Source: an uncultured Bacilli bacterium
GTDB taxonomy: Bacteria > Bacillota_I > Bacilli_A > ML615J-28 > CAG-313
DNA: 64,000 bases
Direction of reading: 5' to 3'
NCBI GenBank assembly: GCA_947591495.1
Contig: CANQDG010000004.1
Span: forward strand, 5,358 to 69,357
Both the position numbers and the translations under genes were made by a program. Below, in pieces: positions 19,534-29,142 of this stretch. The first letter of the stretch is position 1. Every line of letters begins with the position of its first letter. A model generated the notes under the pieces. It had not been told where the DNA came from. It made no database searches and saw only the letters and a list, made by a program, of their open reading frames with translations.

Positions 19534-19596
19534 TATCTTTTTAAAAAAATCTATAATTTTCTTGGGAAATATATATCCTTGTAATCAAAATTTTTA

Positions 19597-19789
19597 TAAT
19601 AAAAATGGTAAGATATTAATCTTACCATAATAGTTTAAATGTAGCATAGCATCTTATTCTTACAGCTTCCGCGCTAAGGTGGGGAATCACCGTTCTATAG
19701 AGCTCCCGCGCTTATGGTGGGGGATCACCTGTTCATTACAGCTTCCGCGCTAAGGTGGGGAATCACCGGGTGAATAAGAATAACTATGT
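19597..19789 (-). ncRNA. Antitoxin-like RNA cassette C (three repeats, variant cores)
   Basis: Own promoter 19796-19824. Helix arms at 19644-19664 / 19768-19792. Terminator hairpin atggtaagat-atta-atcttaccat (19605-19628) followed by a T-run on the minus strand. Confidence 0.7.
19665..19767 (-). repeat. 3 x tandem repeat, cores gcttccgcgctaaggtggggaatcacc / gctcccgcgcttatggtgggggatcacc / gcttccgcgctaaggtggggaatcacc
   Basis: Cores start at 19665, 19702 and 19741. The first and third are identical; the middle one is closer to the cassette B core. Confidence 0.9.
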
Positions 19790-19795
19790 ACTAAC

Positions 19796-19824
19796 ATTAT
19801 ACCAAAAAAGAAAATCAGTGTCAA
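19796..19824 (-). promoter_or_regulatory. Sigma-70-type promoter of cassette C
   Basis: Minus strand TTGACA (19824-19819), 17-nt spacer, TATAAT (19801-19796). Confidence 0.7.
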
Positions 19825-19865
19825 TGCTTTTTTAAAACTTATTAATATTTTTTATATGTTAGGAC

Positions 19866-21185
19866 TTAATATTCTGTTAAAAGAAATCCAAGGTAAAGTG
19901 GAATCGTAAGTATTTTATCTACTTTTCCAATATTATAATGTCCAAGTTTAATTACGCCTGCAACATGATATTTTTCAGGATGTGCAAGAATAGTTTTTGC
20001 ACTTTTAGTATTGCCAGTTGTGGATTTAATTTCTATAAGATAGCATCCACCCTTGTATCTTGTGACAAAATCAATTTCAAGTCCTGAATCTTTGTGATAA
20101 TAATATAACTTTCTACCCATCTTCACAAAGATATCCGCAATTAGATTTTCAAAGATTGCGCCTTTATAAGCATAAAGATTGCCTTGTAAAATATCGTACT
20201 GCGTTCCATTTTCTAGCATACTTACAAATAGCCCTGTATCATTCATATAAACTTTAAAAACATCTTGTATGGCATTGCCATCGAGAGGAAGTTCAGGAAG
20301 TTCAAGATTATAACAACGCGAAACGATTCCTGCATCTTCAATCCATTGTAAGCTCCCCGCAAATTTTCTTGCGGGAGTACCTTTTTTTACCACCGAATAT
20401 TGAAACTTTTTATTTTCTTTACTAAGTTGCATAGGGATTGATTGAAAACATTCTCTAATAAGGGGTTTATCCATCTTTCTAGCATATTTTACCATATCAT
20501 CTTCATAAGAGTTGATAATATTACGTTGCATAGTTAGGACTATATTCATTTGTTTAGTGTCAATAAATTTTTGAACAACAGCTGGCATCCCTCCAACAAC
20601 TGTATATTGAAGCATAAGTTCATACATCTTGTTGTGCAAAGCATCAGGAACAGGTGTTACTGTTTGTAAACACATCTTTAATTTTTCAATAATCTTTTCG
20701 CTTATGCCATTAGCCCAAAGGAACTCTTCAAAATCAAGTGGTCGCATTTCAATAAGCGCCTCAGAGCCTACTGGAACAGATTTTGGTTGTTTACCATAAC
20801 CCCTAACGCCAAGAAGTGAGCCTGTGCTAATGACATCAAATCTACCATCTTCCTTAAAAAATTTCAATGATGTTCGTGCCTCAGGACAATCTTGTATCTC
20901 ATCAAAAATAATAATTGTTTCGTATGGTACAAAAATTGCCTCATCACCAAGAAGTGCCGACATCATAATGATGAGATCATCCACTTTTAATGAATCATTA
21001 AAAATAGTAATATAGTTGGGATTAGTTAAAAAATTCAAATAAACAACATGCTTATAATTTTCTTTCGCAAACTTGAGAACCGAAAAGGTTTTGCCACATT
21101 GCCTTTGCCCTTTAATGATAAGGGGACTTTTATTAGGAGTATTCTTCCAATCTTTCAGTACATTTTCAATCTTTCTTTTTAACAT
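19866..21185 (-). CDS. AAA+ ATPase with C-terminal DUF4143-type domain (COG1373-like), paralog 1
   Basis: Walker A GQRQCGKT and Walker B IIIFDEIQ. Clear paralog of 54295..55614: same 439-aa length and shared blocks (ARTSLKF, DGRFDVISTGSLLG, VVGGMP, KKFQYS, YYHKDSGLEIDF). Confidence 0.85.
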   Translation of the reverse strand: MLKRKIENVLKDWKNTPNKSPLIIKGQRQCGKTFSVLKFAKENYKHVVYLNFLTNPNYITIFNDSLKVDDLIIMMSALLGDEAIFVPYETIIIFDEIQDCPEARTSLKFFKEDGRFDVISTGSLLGVRGYGKQPKSVPVGSEALIEMRPLDFEEFLWANGISEKIIEKLKMCLQTVTPVPDALHNKMYELMLQYTVVGGMPAVVQKFIDTKQMNIVLTMQRNIINSYEDDMVKYARKMDKPLIRECFQSIPMQLSKENKKFQYSVVKKGTPARKFAGSLQWIEDAGIVSRCYNLELPELPLDGNAIQDVFKVYMNDTGLFVSMLENGTQYDILQGNLYAYKGAIFENLIADIFVKMGRKLYYYHKDSGLEIDFVTRYKGGCYLIEIKSTTGNTKSAKTILAHPEKYHVAGVIKLGHYNIGKVDKILTIPLYLGFLLTEY

Positions 21186-21212
21186 AATTGATCACCTCGC
21201 ACTTTTGATAAT

Positions 21213-21241
21213 ATTATATCACAAATTTAAAACTTTTTCAA
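21213..21241 (-). promoter_or_regulatory. Promoter of ATPase paralog 1
   Basis: Minus strand TTGAAA (21241-21236), 17-nt spacer, TATAAT (21218-21213). The -35 lies inside the first 33-bp repeat unit. Confidence 0.6.
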
Positions 21242-21329
21242 GGGAGTTTTAGTTAAAAATTACAACTTTTTCAAGGGACTTTTTGCTAGGTGTTGCAACT
21301 TTTTCAAGGGAGTTTTATATTTTTAGTAA
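21231..21329. repeat. 3 x 33-bp tandem repeat with conserved core aactttttcaaggga(g/c)t
   Basis: Units start at 21231, 21264 and 21297, exactly 33 bp apart. Confidence 0.85.
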
Positions 21330-21337
21330 TTTTTTTA

Positions 21338-21484
21338 TTAAATATAAGGCATAGCTTATATACATTTATTATCAATATTTGGTAAAAAATCACTTGTTCA
21401 TTACAATTTTTATGCGTATTTTAAAAGCCAATAATAAGTCAACTATGCACTAAATATTAAAATTGGTTTAATATTAAATGTCAA
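21338..21484 (-). other. Decayed fourth copy of the antitoxin-like cassette (D)
   Basis: ttaaatataaggcatagcttata (21338-21360), aatcacttgttcattaca (21388-21405), ccaataataagtcaactatgcacta (21428-21452) and tgtcaa (21479-21484) are collinear with the helix arm, linker, helix arm and -35 of cassettes A to C. Cores and the terminator hairpin are lost. Confidence 0.6.
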
Positions 21485-21646
21485 TATAAAACACAAATAA
21501 CACTAATAATCTTATATTAATTGATTGAAAAAATATCTCTAATATTATATAATAAGTTTAAATGGTAGTGATAATTGATAGAAAAAATAAAAATTAGAAA
21601 TTATCATTAATATTTATAATAAAATATTAGCTAGTTGGAGATTAAT

Positions 21647-23488
21647 ATGGAAAAAAACCTTCAAAAAACTAAACCATTACAAAATTTACGTTATATCTTA
21701 AGTAGTATTCATCATCATGAAAAAGGGGTTTTAATATGCACTATTTTGCAATCTGTTATAAATGCAATCAATGCTTTTATTATTCCCTATTTGTTAAAAC
21801 TTATTATTGATATTATTACTACTGTTAGACTAAATACAATGAATGATCTAAATCCTATTTTTTTAAAAATAGGGTTAATTTGTTTAGGGAAAATTATTAT
21901 TGAAATTGTTACTGATTTTCTATCTTTACGTATATTAAACGTTAAAATGATATCTCTTAGAAATAAGGTTAAAATTGAAGAAAATGAAAAAATTCTAAGT
22001 TTAGATTATGAAACACTTGAAAATCCTGATATACAAGATAAAATTAATAAAGCTAATATGGCTTTAAGTAATGCTTGGCAAGGTTATGAGGGAATGTATA
22101 ATTATCTGAAAAATATTTTACAAAATATTATTTCTTCGCTTATTGCTTTTGCTGTAATATTTAAGGTGCATTTTAGTATTGTTATTGTTGTATTAGGTAT
22201 TGTTTTGATTAAATATTTATTAAGAGATTATACCAATAAAATTAATAAAAGAAAATTCTGGGATGTTATTCCTATTTACCGAAGAAAACATAGTTATGTT
22301 AATAACATTTCACAAAACTTTGATATCAGTAAAGATTTACGTCTTTATAATATGAAAACCTTTATTGAAAAAAATCAAAAAGAAGTTCAAAAAAACATTA
22401 ATGATCTTTTAATCCAAAAAGAAAAAAGACTTGTTAGACTTTTAACCGTTTTAAATATTTTAAGTATTTTACAAGAAGGTTTTTTGTATGCTATTTTAAT
22501 TTATCAAGTATTACATCAAAAAATTACGATTGGTGATTTTACTTTTATGTTATCATCTGTTCGAACGCTTTCTTTTCAATTATCTTTCTTATTTGGTAAT
22601 TTAGCTAGTCTAAATAATTGTAGTAGAGAAGTTGATGATTTAAGATGGCTTTTAGAATATCAAGATCAGTTAGCAACAAAACAAACCCAAATGCTAAGCG
22701 ATGATTTTACTTTTGAAAGTTTAGAATTTAAAGGTGTATATTTTAAATATCTTAATGCAACCGATTATACAATTAAAGATGTTTCTTTTACTTTATCAAA
22801 AAATGAAAAGGTGGCTTTAGTTGGTTATAATGGAGCAGGAAAAACCACCCTTATTAAACTTTTAATGGGACTATACCATCCAACTAAAGGTGAAATTTTA
22901 TTAAATGGTCAAAATATTGAAGTGTTAAATCGTGATAGTTATTTAAAAAGAATAGCGCCTATTTTCCAAGATGTTAATATGTTTAGCTTTAAGCTTGCGG
23001 AAAACGTTGCAATGGATTTTGCTGAAGACTTAAATGAAACAAAAGTTGAAGATGCCTTAAGGGTTGCAGGACTATATGATAAAGTTATGAGTTTTCCCGA
23101 AAAGTTGCAAACCCCGCTTTTGAAAAATCTTTATGAAAATGGTGTTGACCTATCAGGCGGTGAAAAGCAAAAATTAGCAATAGCAAGATTAATCTATAAA
23201 CAAAAAGATATTGCTATTTTTGATGAACCAACATCAGCTTTAGATGCGCTTGCAGAAAGTAAATTATATCAAGAATTTAATGAAATTGTGAAAAATACAA
23301 GTGCTATTTTTATTTCTCATCGTCTTGCTTCTACTTATTTTTGTGACAAAGTCTTCTTTTTAAAAGAAGGTCAAATCATAGAACAAGGAACTCATCAAGA
23401 ATTAATGGCTTTACAAAAAGAATATTATCAGCTTTTCCTTCTTCAAGCTAAATATTATCAAAAGGAGGAAATCGAAGATGAAAAATAA
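21647..23488 (+). CDS. ABC exporter, fused permease and ATPase (subunit 1 of a heterodimer)
   Basis: Six-helix N-terminal half, GYNGAGKTT, LSGGEKQK and IFDEPTSALD. I prefer the ATG at 21647 (GGAG 6 nt upstream) over the TTG at 21635. Confidence 0.9.
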   Translation: MEKNLQKTKPLQNLRYILSSIHHHEKGVLICTILQSVINAINAFIIPYLLKLIIDIITTVRLNTMNDLNPIFLKIGLICLGKIIIEIVTDFLSLRILNVKMISLRNKVKIEENEKILSLDYETLENPDIQDKINKANMALSNAWQGYEGMYNYLKNILQNIISSLIAFAVIFKVHFSIVIVVLGIVLIKYLLRDYTNKINKRKFWDVIPIYRRKHSYVNNISQNFDISKDLRLYNMKTFIEKNQKEVQKNINDLLIQKEKRLVRLLTVLNILSILQEGFLYAILIYQVLHQKITIGDFTFMLSSVRTLSFQLSFLFGNLASLNNCSREVDDLRWLLEYQDQLATKQTQMLSDDFTFESLEFKGVYFKYLNATDYTIKDVSFTLSKNEKVALVGYNGAGKTTLIKLLMGLYHPTKGEILLNGQNIEVLNRDSYLKRIAPIFQDVNMFSFKLAENVAMDFAEDLNETKVEDALRVAGLYDKVMSFPEKLQTPLLKNLYENGVDLSGGEKQKLAIARLIYKQKDIAIFDEPTSALDALAESKLYQEFNEIVKNTSAIFISHRLASTYFCDKVFFLKEGQIIEQGTHQELMALQKEYYQLFLLQAKYYQKEEIEDEK

Positions 23489-25304
23489 ACTTTCTAAAAA
23501 AGAACGTTATCAAATGTCAATTAGAAGAAATCTTAAGTATTTTTTACCGCTTGCTTTTAAAAAAGAAAAAGGTTATTTTCTTTTATATTTATTTAAAATT
23601 CTTTTAAATAGCTTTACTCCTTTAATTAATATATATCTACCAGCTTTAATTATTCAACAATTATTATTATCAAATCCTAATATAACTAAAATTGTTATAT
23701 ATATCTTAATCATTATTTTAGGCAATAACTTATCAACAATGTTTAATGATTTACTTGACTCTAAACTTAGAATTGTTAATGATCGCTTAAATAAATACCT
23801 AAACCAGATATTAAATTATAAATGTTTAAGATTGGATTATGAAGAAGTAGAAGATCCAAAAATTAAAGATTTAGTTCACAAAGCAAGTGAAGGAATGAAT
23901 CAAAAAACTGCGGGAATTGCTCAACCTATGATGCATTTATCAGATATCATTTCTTCTTGCATTTCAATCGGATCAGTTATCGTAATTATTATTACTACTA
24001 AAATGTATGGTTTAGTTTTAATTACAGCTATTAATACCGGTATTCGTCTTTTAATTTCTATTATTAATTCTAAACTTGATATTCAATTTTATGAAACTAG
24101 TGTGAGAATATATCGCAAAATGGGTTATTTTTTGTATGACTTAATGGATTTTAAATTTGCTAAAGACTTTAAAGCATATAATGCTCAATCTTTAATTATC
24201 AAAAATAGTAAACAAGAAGCTACCCAAATCGTTAAAGAATATGACCATGTTGCCCGAAAAGTTTTTCATAATGCCCTTATTCAACGTATTTTTAGTAACA
24301 TAATTGATAATCTTTTAATATATATCTATTTAGTTATTGCATGTTTTAGACACCTAATAGATATATCACAATTAACAATGCTTGTTAGTGCTTATGCTAC
24401 CTTTAATGAAGCATTTTATAAACTGTTCTATTCTATTTTTGATTTTCGCTTTATTGCTGAATACCAAAATAGTTTCATTGATTTTATGGAACTTGAAAGT
24501 CATAAAAAAAGTGGTCATAAAAAAGTTCCTCAAACAATTACAACGATTGAATTTAAACATGTTTATTTTAAATATCCAAGAACTGATAATTATGTCATTG
24601 AAAACTTTAACTTAAAAATTAAGCCAAATGAAAGGATTTCTATTGTAGGATTAAATGGTGCAGGAAAAACCACTTTAATTAAACTCTTATGTCGACTTTA
24701 TGATGTTGATAAAGGATCTATTTTGGTTAATGGTATTAATATTAAAAAATATGATTATGAAGAATATTTAAGTCTCTTTTCCGTTGTGTTCCAAGATTTT
24801 CGTTTAATCTCTTTTACCATCAAAGATAATATTGAAGGATTAGATGATAATCATGAAGCATTATATGATGCTTTTACTAGAGCAGGAATTGTTAATCGCA
24901 TTGAGGCATTACCTGATAAAGAAAACACCTATATCAATAAATGGTTTAGTAAAGATGGAGTTGAATTTAGCGGTGGTGAAATGCAAAAATTAGCTATTGC
25001 AAGAGCTATTTACAAAGATGGTCCCATTGTTATTTTAGATGAACCGACATCTGCTTTAGATCCGCTTGCGGAAGCCGAAATCTATTATCACTTTAATGAG
25101 GTTATTGGCAATAATAAAACAACAATCTTTATATCACATCGCCTATCTAGTTGTCGTTTTGCTAACCGGATTATTGTTTTAGATGGTAAGAAAATAGCAG
25201 AAGAAGGCACTCATGAAAAGTTGATGAATCGGCCTAATGGCATATATCGTAAGATGTTTTTAGAACAAGCTAAATATTATCAACAAAAAGAAAACGAAAA
25301 CTAA
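23478..25304 (+). CDS. ABC exporter, fused permease and ATPase (subunit 2)
   Basis: GLNGAGKTT, FSGGEMQK and ILDEPTSALD. Overlaps the previous gene. Confidence 0.9.
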   Translation: MKNKLSKKERYQMSIRRNLKYFLPLAFKKEKGYFLLYLFKILLNSFTPLINIYLPALIIQQLLLSNPNITKIVIYILIIILGNNLSTMFNDLLDSKLRIVNDRLNKYLNQILNYKCLRLDYEEVEDPKIKDLVHKASEGMNQKTAGIAQPMMHLSDIISSCISIGSVIVIIITTKMYGLVLITAINTGIRLLISIINSKLDIQFYETSVRIYRKMGYFLYDLMDFKFAKDFKAYNAQSLIIKNSKQEATQIVKEYDHVARKVFHNALIQRIFSNIIDNLLIYIYLVIACFRHLIDISQLTMLVSAYATFNEAFYKLFYSIFDFRFIAEYQNSFIDFMELESHKKSGHKKVPQTITTIEFKHVYFKYPRTDNYVIENFNLKIKPNERISIVGLNGAGKTTLIKLLCRLYDVDKGSILVNGINIKKYDYEEYLSLFSVVFQDFRLISFTIKDNIEGLDDNHEALYDAFTRAGIVNRIEALPDKENTYINKWFSKDGVEFSGGEMQKLAIARAIYKDGPIVILDEPTSALDPLAEAEIYYHFNEVIGNNKTTIFISHRLSSCRFANRIIVLDGKKIAEEGTHEKLMNRPNGIYRKMFLEQAKYYQQKENEN

Positions 25305-25366
25305 AAGGGCTTGGCCTTGAAAAAAAACCCAAAATAGTGTATAATAAATAAGAAGGTGGTGATACT

Positions 25367-26203
25367 TTGCTTTTGAAATTAAAAGAAATGTATAAAGATC
25401 AATTAATTGAAGATGTTAAAGATCTCAATCAAGATTATTACTACTTTTATCAAGATGAAAGAAAGAATAATTTATTTGCTATATCAAAAAGTATTTCTAA
25501 GAATGAATATGAACTTTTAAAAAAACTTTATATTGAAAAAAAAGTTTATACAAGTAGTCAACAAGAACAAAAAATATATGAATATCTATTAGAAAATAAA
25601 CCCTTCCCGTTTAAAGAAAAGCAACTTAAAATGATTATTTATAACCTTAAGAAAAGTGATGAAGAAGTTGTTTATGATATTTTAAAACAAGTATATGATA
25701 AATGTTACTACCTTAAACTTTTTGATTTCAACCTTTGCTTTTTTAGTGATGATAAGATTAAAGTTCAAGAATTATTTACAACTCTTAGTGATGATTTAGG
25801 TTATGATATTAATTTACATGATGGCTTAATTATTAATAATGGTTATCAAGGAAAGCTCATCTATTCATATATTAAAGCCTTTACTAGCAATAATAAAATT
25901 AACAATCGTTCTTATACTGATTTAGCTGATATGATTTTGGAAATGGATTTAAGCACTAATAAAGAAGTCTTAGAAGGCCTTAAAATTAATCTATTTGATA
26001 AACTTTTTCAAGATGTTACAATTAGAGATATCATCAATGTAATGATTAAAAACGATTTGAATGTTTCGCAAAGTGCTAAACTTTTATATATGAATCGTAA
26101 TAGTCTTATCAATAAACTTGATACAATTTATAAACAAACAAATCTCAATTTACAAAAATTTACGCATGCTGCTATCATTTATATGATGATGAATTATCGG
26201 TAA
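25367..26203 (+). CDS. PucR/CdaR-like regulator with C-terminal HTH
   Basis: C-terminal NVSQSAKLLYMNRNSLINKLDTIYKQTNLNL helix-turn-helix. TTG start after aaggtgg. Confidence 0.6.
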   Translation: MLLKLKEMYKDQLIEDVKDLNQDYYYFYQDERKNNLFAISKSISKNEYELLKKLYIEKKVYTSSQQEQKIYEYLLENKPFPFKEKQLKMIIYNLKKSDEEVVYDILKQVYDKCYYLKLFDFNLCFFSDDKIKVQELFTTLSDDLGYDINLHDGLIINNGYQGKLIYSYIKAFTSNNKINNRSYTDLADMILEMDLSTNKEVLEGLKINLFDKLFQDVTIRDIINVMIKNDLNVSQSAKLLYMNRNSLINKLDTIYKQTNLNLQKFTHAAIIYMMMNYR

Positions 26204-26322
26204 TTTTTAATAATTGTTTAAAAAAACTTTTAATAATATAACAATTTGCCTATGTTAATTATGTTATTTTTTTGATATAATATAATTGCTACAAAAAATA
26301 AAATTAAAATTAGGAGGTATTT

Positions 26323-27459
26323 ATGGCAACTGTTGAACTTAAAAATATCAACAAAATTTATAGTAACAATGTTCAAGCGGTATTTGATTTTAATTTAAAA
26401 ATTAAAGATCGTGAATTTATCGTTTTTGTCGGACCATCAGGATGTGGTAAAACAACAACCCTTAGAATGATCGCCGGCCTTGAAGAAATCACTAGTGGTC
26501 AACTTTTAATTGATGGTGAAGTTATGAATGATGTTGCGCCAAGAGATCGTAATATCGCCATGGTTTTCCAATCTTATGCGTTATATCCACACTTTACTGT
26601 TTATGATAATATGGCCTTTGGTTTAAAACTTCGTAAATTCTCACGTAATGAAATCGATCGTCGTGTGCAAAATGCGGCTGAAAAATTAGGTTTAAAACCT
26701 TACTTAGATCGTAAACCAGCTGCCTTATCAGGCGGACAACGTCAAAGAGTTGCGCTTGGTCGTGCCATTGTTCGTGATGCGAAAGTATTCTTAATGGACG
26801 AACCACTATCTAACCTTGATGCTAAACTTCGTGTACAAATGCGTTCAGAATTAATTAAAATTCATGAAAGCTTAGGTACAACTACTATTTATGTTACCCA
26901 TGACCAAATTGAAGCTATGACAATGGCCTCAAGAATCGTTGTTATGAAAGATGGTTGGATTCAACAAGTAGGTGCACCAAAAGAAATTTATGATAAACCA
27001 AACAATATCTTTGTTGGTGGCTTTATTGGAACTCCACCAATGAACTTTGTTAATGGTGTTGTTGGTAAAGATGGTGTATTTGAATGTGGTAGCAACAAAT
27101 TTGGTGTTGTAAGAATCCCTGTTCCAGAAGAACAATTAGAAATCTTAAAAGAAAAGAATTTCATTGAAAAAGATATCATTTTAGGTATTAGACCAGAAGA
27201 TATTTCAGACCAAAATGAAGACTTTGCTAAACACCCTGAATGGACTCATGAATTCAAAGTTGATATTTCTGAATTACTTGGTGCTGAATCACAAATTAGA
27301 GTTAAACTTCCTGGTAAAGATGTTGCAGGACAATCAATTACCGCTAAAGTTCCTGCTCGTGTTGATATTCATACTAACGATAATATTCAATTAATGCTTA
27401 ATATGAATAAATGCCATTTCTTTGATCCAGAAACTGAAAATCGTATTAAAAGGGATTAG
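26323..27459 (+). CDS. msmX: Carbohydrate-type ABC transporter ATPase (MsmX/MalK/UgpC family)
   Basis: GPSGCGKTT, LSGGQRQRVALGRA, LMDEPLSNLD and a C-terminal TOBE-like domain. No permease gene is adjacent. Confidence 0.85.
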   Translation: MATVELKNINKIYSNNVQAVFDFNLKIKDREFIVFVGPSGCGKTTTLRMIAGLEEITSGQLLIDGEVMNDVAPRDRNIAMVFQSYALYPHFTVYDNMAFGLKLRKFSRNEIDRRVQNAAEKLGLKPYLDRKPAALSGGQRQRVALGRAIVRDAKVFLMDEPLSNLDAKLRVQMRSELIKIHESLGTTTIYVTHDQIEAMTMASRIVVMKDGWIQQVGAPKEIYDKPNNIFVGGFIGTPPMNFVNGVVGKDGVFECGSNKFGVVRIPVPEEQLEILKEKNFIEKDIILGIRPEDISDQNEDFAKHPEWTHEFKVDISELLGAESQIRVKLPGKDVAGQSITAKVPARVDIHTNDNIQLMLNMNKCHFFDPETENRIKRD

Positions 27460-27465
27460 GTTAGA

Positions 27466-27894
27466 GTGATTAATCAAGATATTCTATACCTCAAAAAATC
27501 TAATCGTTCCACCTTTATTAAATATATCAATCAATCAGAAATGACTGTTAATATCCTAATGGATAATTTATTAAATGATTATTTATTACAAGATTTAACA
27601 ACCCTTAAAGGGCGAATAGATGCTATTTCGAAGGTATACCATATCTTTAAACACATCCCAATATACTTAAAAGATAATATTGTTTTAATTCAAACAAATA
27701 ATAAGAAAGAGATCGATAATATATATATCAATAGTTATAATATTATTGATATGGTTAAGGATAGCAATCAAACAACAAAAGTAGTATTTATAGATGGTAG
27801 TCAAATGATAGTTAATAGACCCTATCACTTATTGAAGAAATACTATGATTTAAGTTTACAAATAAGAAAAAATAAATTGATTAGAGGTAAATAA
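27466..27894 (+). CDS. ComK-like protein (tentative)
   Basis: [23 protein letters not shown] ... IYINSYNI ... [20 protein letters not shown] resembles the ComK family layout. GTG start. Confidence 0.4.
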   Translation: MINQDILYLKKSNRSTFIKYINQSEMTVNILMDNLLNDYLLQDLTTLKGRIDAISKVYHIFKHIPIYLKDNIVLIQTNNKKEIDNIYINSYNIIDMVKDSNQTTKVVFIDGSQMIVNRPYHLLKKYYDLSLQIRKNKLIRGK

Positions 27895-27898
27895 TAAA

Positions 27899-29128
27899 AT
27901 GGCAAAGAAAAATATTAAAGACTTAAATTTAAAAGGTAAAAAAGTTTTAATGCGTGTTGATTTCAATGTTCCAATGAAAGCAGGCGTTATTACGGATGAT
28001 AACCGTATTGTTCAAGCAGTGCCTACAATTAAGTATGCATTAGAACAAGGGGGAAAAGTTATTTTATTCTCACATCTTGGACGAATTAAAACAAAAGAAG
28101 ATCTTGCTAAAAACAGTTTAGCTCCGGTTGCTAAAAGATTATCAGAAATCTTAGGTGATGAAGTTTTATTTGTGAAAGCAACTCGTGGTAAAGAATTAGA
28201 AGATGCAATCAACAATTTACAAGAAGGTCATGCTTTAATGTTTGAAAACACTAGATACGAAGATTTAGATGGCAAGAAAGAATCAGGTAATGATCCTGAA
28301 CTTGGTGCTTATTGGGCAAGTCTTGGTGATGTTTTTGTTAATGATGCTTTTGGAACTGCTCATCGTGCTCATGCTTCAAATCAAGGAATTGCAAGTCATT
28401 TCCCTCATGATTCAGCAGCTGGCTTTTTACTTGAAAAAGAAATTAAATTTATTGGTGGTGCAGTAGATAATCCAGTAAGACCATTTGTTGCTATTTTAGG
28501 TGGAGCTAAAGTAAGTGATAAAATCTCAGTTATTGAAAACTTACTAAACAAAGCTGATAAAGTTTTAATTTGCGGGGCAATGGCATATACTTTCTTTAAA
28601 GCTCAAGGCTTAGAAGTTGGTAAATCAAAATGTGAAGATGATTTTGTTGAATATGCTAAAGGATTACTTGCAAAAGCTAATGGTAAAATTGTTTTACCAG
28701 TTGATGTTGTAAGTGTTACAGTTTCAGATGAAGACTGTGCTAATGATTTCTTTGGCACAATCGCAAAAGCTGATACAAAAGTTGTATCTGTAAAAGCAAT
28801 TGCTAAAGATGCTCAAGGCTTAGATTGCGGTCCTGCAACAATTGAACTTTTCAAAAAAGAATTAGATGGTGCTAAAACCGTTGTTTGGAATGGCCCTGCT
28901 GGTGTTTTTGAAGTTGAAAAGTTTGCTAAAGGCACAAAAGCTATTTGTGAAGTTTTAGCATCATTAAAAGATGCAACAACTATTATCGGTGGTGGTGATT
29001 CAGCGGCAGCTGCTATTTCGATGGGATATGAAAGTAAATTTACACATATTTCAACAGGCGGCGGTGCTAGCTTAGAATATTTAGAAGGTAAAGCCTTACC
29101 TGGTGTTACTTGCTTAAGTGATAAATAA
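27899..29128 (+). CDS. pgk: Phosphoglycerate kinase
   Basis: [27 protein letters not shown] and GGGDSAAA. Confidence 0.97.
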   Translation: MAKKNIKDLNLKGKKVLMRVDFNVPMKAGVITDDNRIVQAVPTIKYALEQGGKVILFSHLGRIKTKEDLAKNSLAPVAKRLSEILGDEVLFVKATRGKELEDAINNLQEGHALMFENTRYEDLDGKKESGNDPELGAYWASLGDVFVNDAFGTAHRAHASNQGIASHFPHDSAAGFLLEKEIKFIGGAVDNPVRPFVAILGGAKVSDKISVIENLLNKADKVLICGAMAYTFFKAQGLEVGKSKCEDDFVEYAKGLLAKANGKIVLPVDVVSVTVSDEDCANDFFGTIAKADTKVVSVKAIAKDAQGLDCGPATIELFKKELDGAKTVVWNGPAGVFEVEKFAKGTKAICEVLASLKDATTIIGGGDSAAAAISMGYESKFTHISTGGGASLEYLEGKALPGVTCLSDK

Positions 29129-29142
29129 TTAAGGTGAAGAAA

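Noticed and set aside
19371-19767. CRISPR array interpretation of the short direct repeats
   Set aside because: Repeats are separated by only 10-12-nt conserved linkers rather than unique 30-40-nt spacers. Each block has its own promoter and terminator. No cas genes are present, and a ToxN gene is adjacent.
21231-21329. Reading the 33-bp repeats as DnaA or replication iterons of a plasmid-like element
   Set aside because: No rep gene or AT-rich unwinding region is nearby. The position overlapping a promoter -35 favours a transcriptional operator role.
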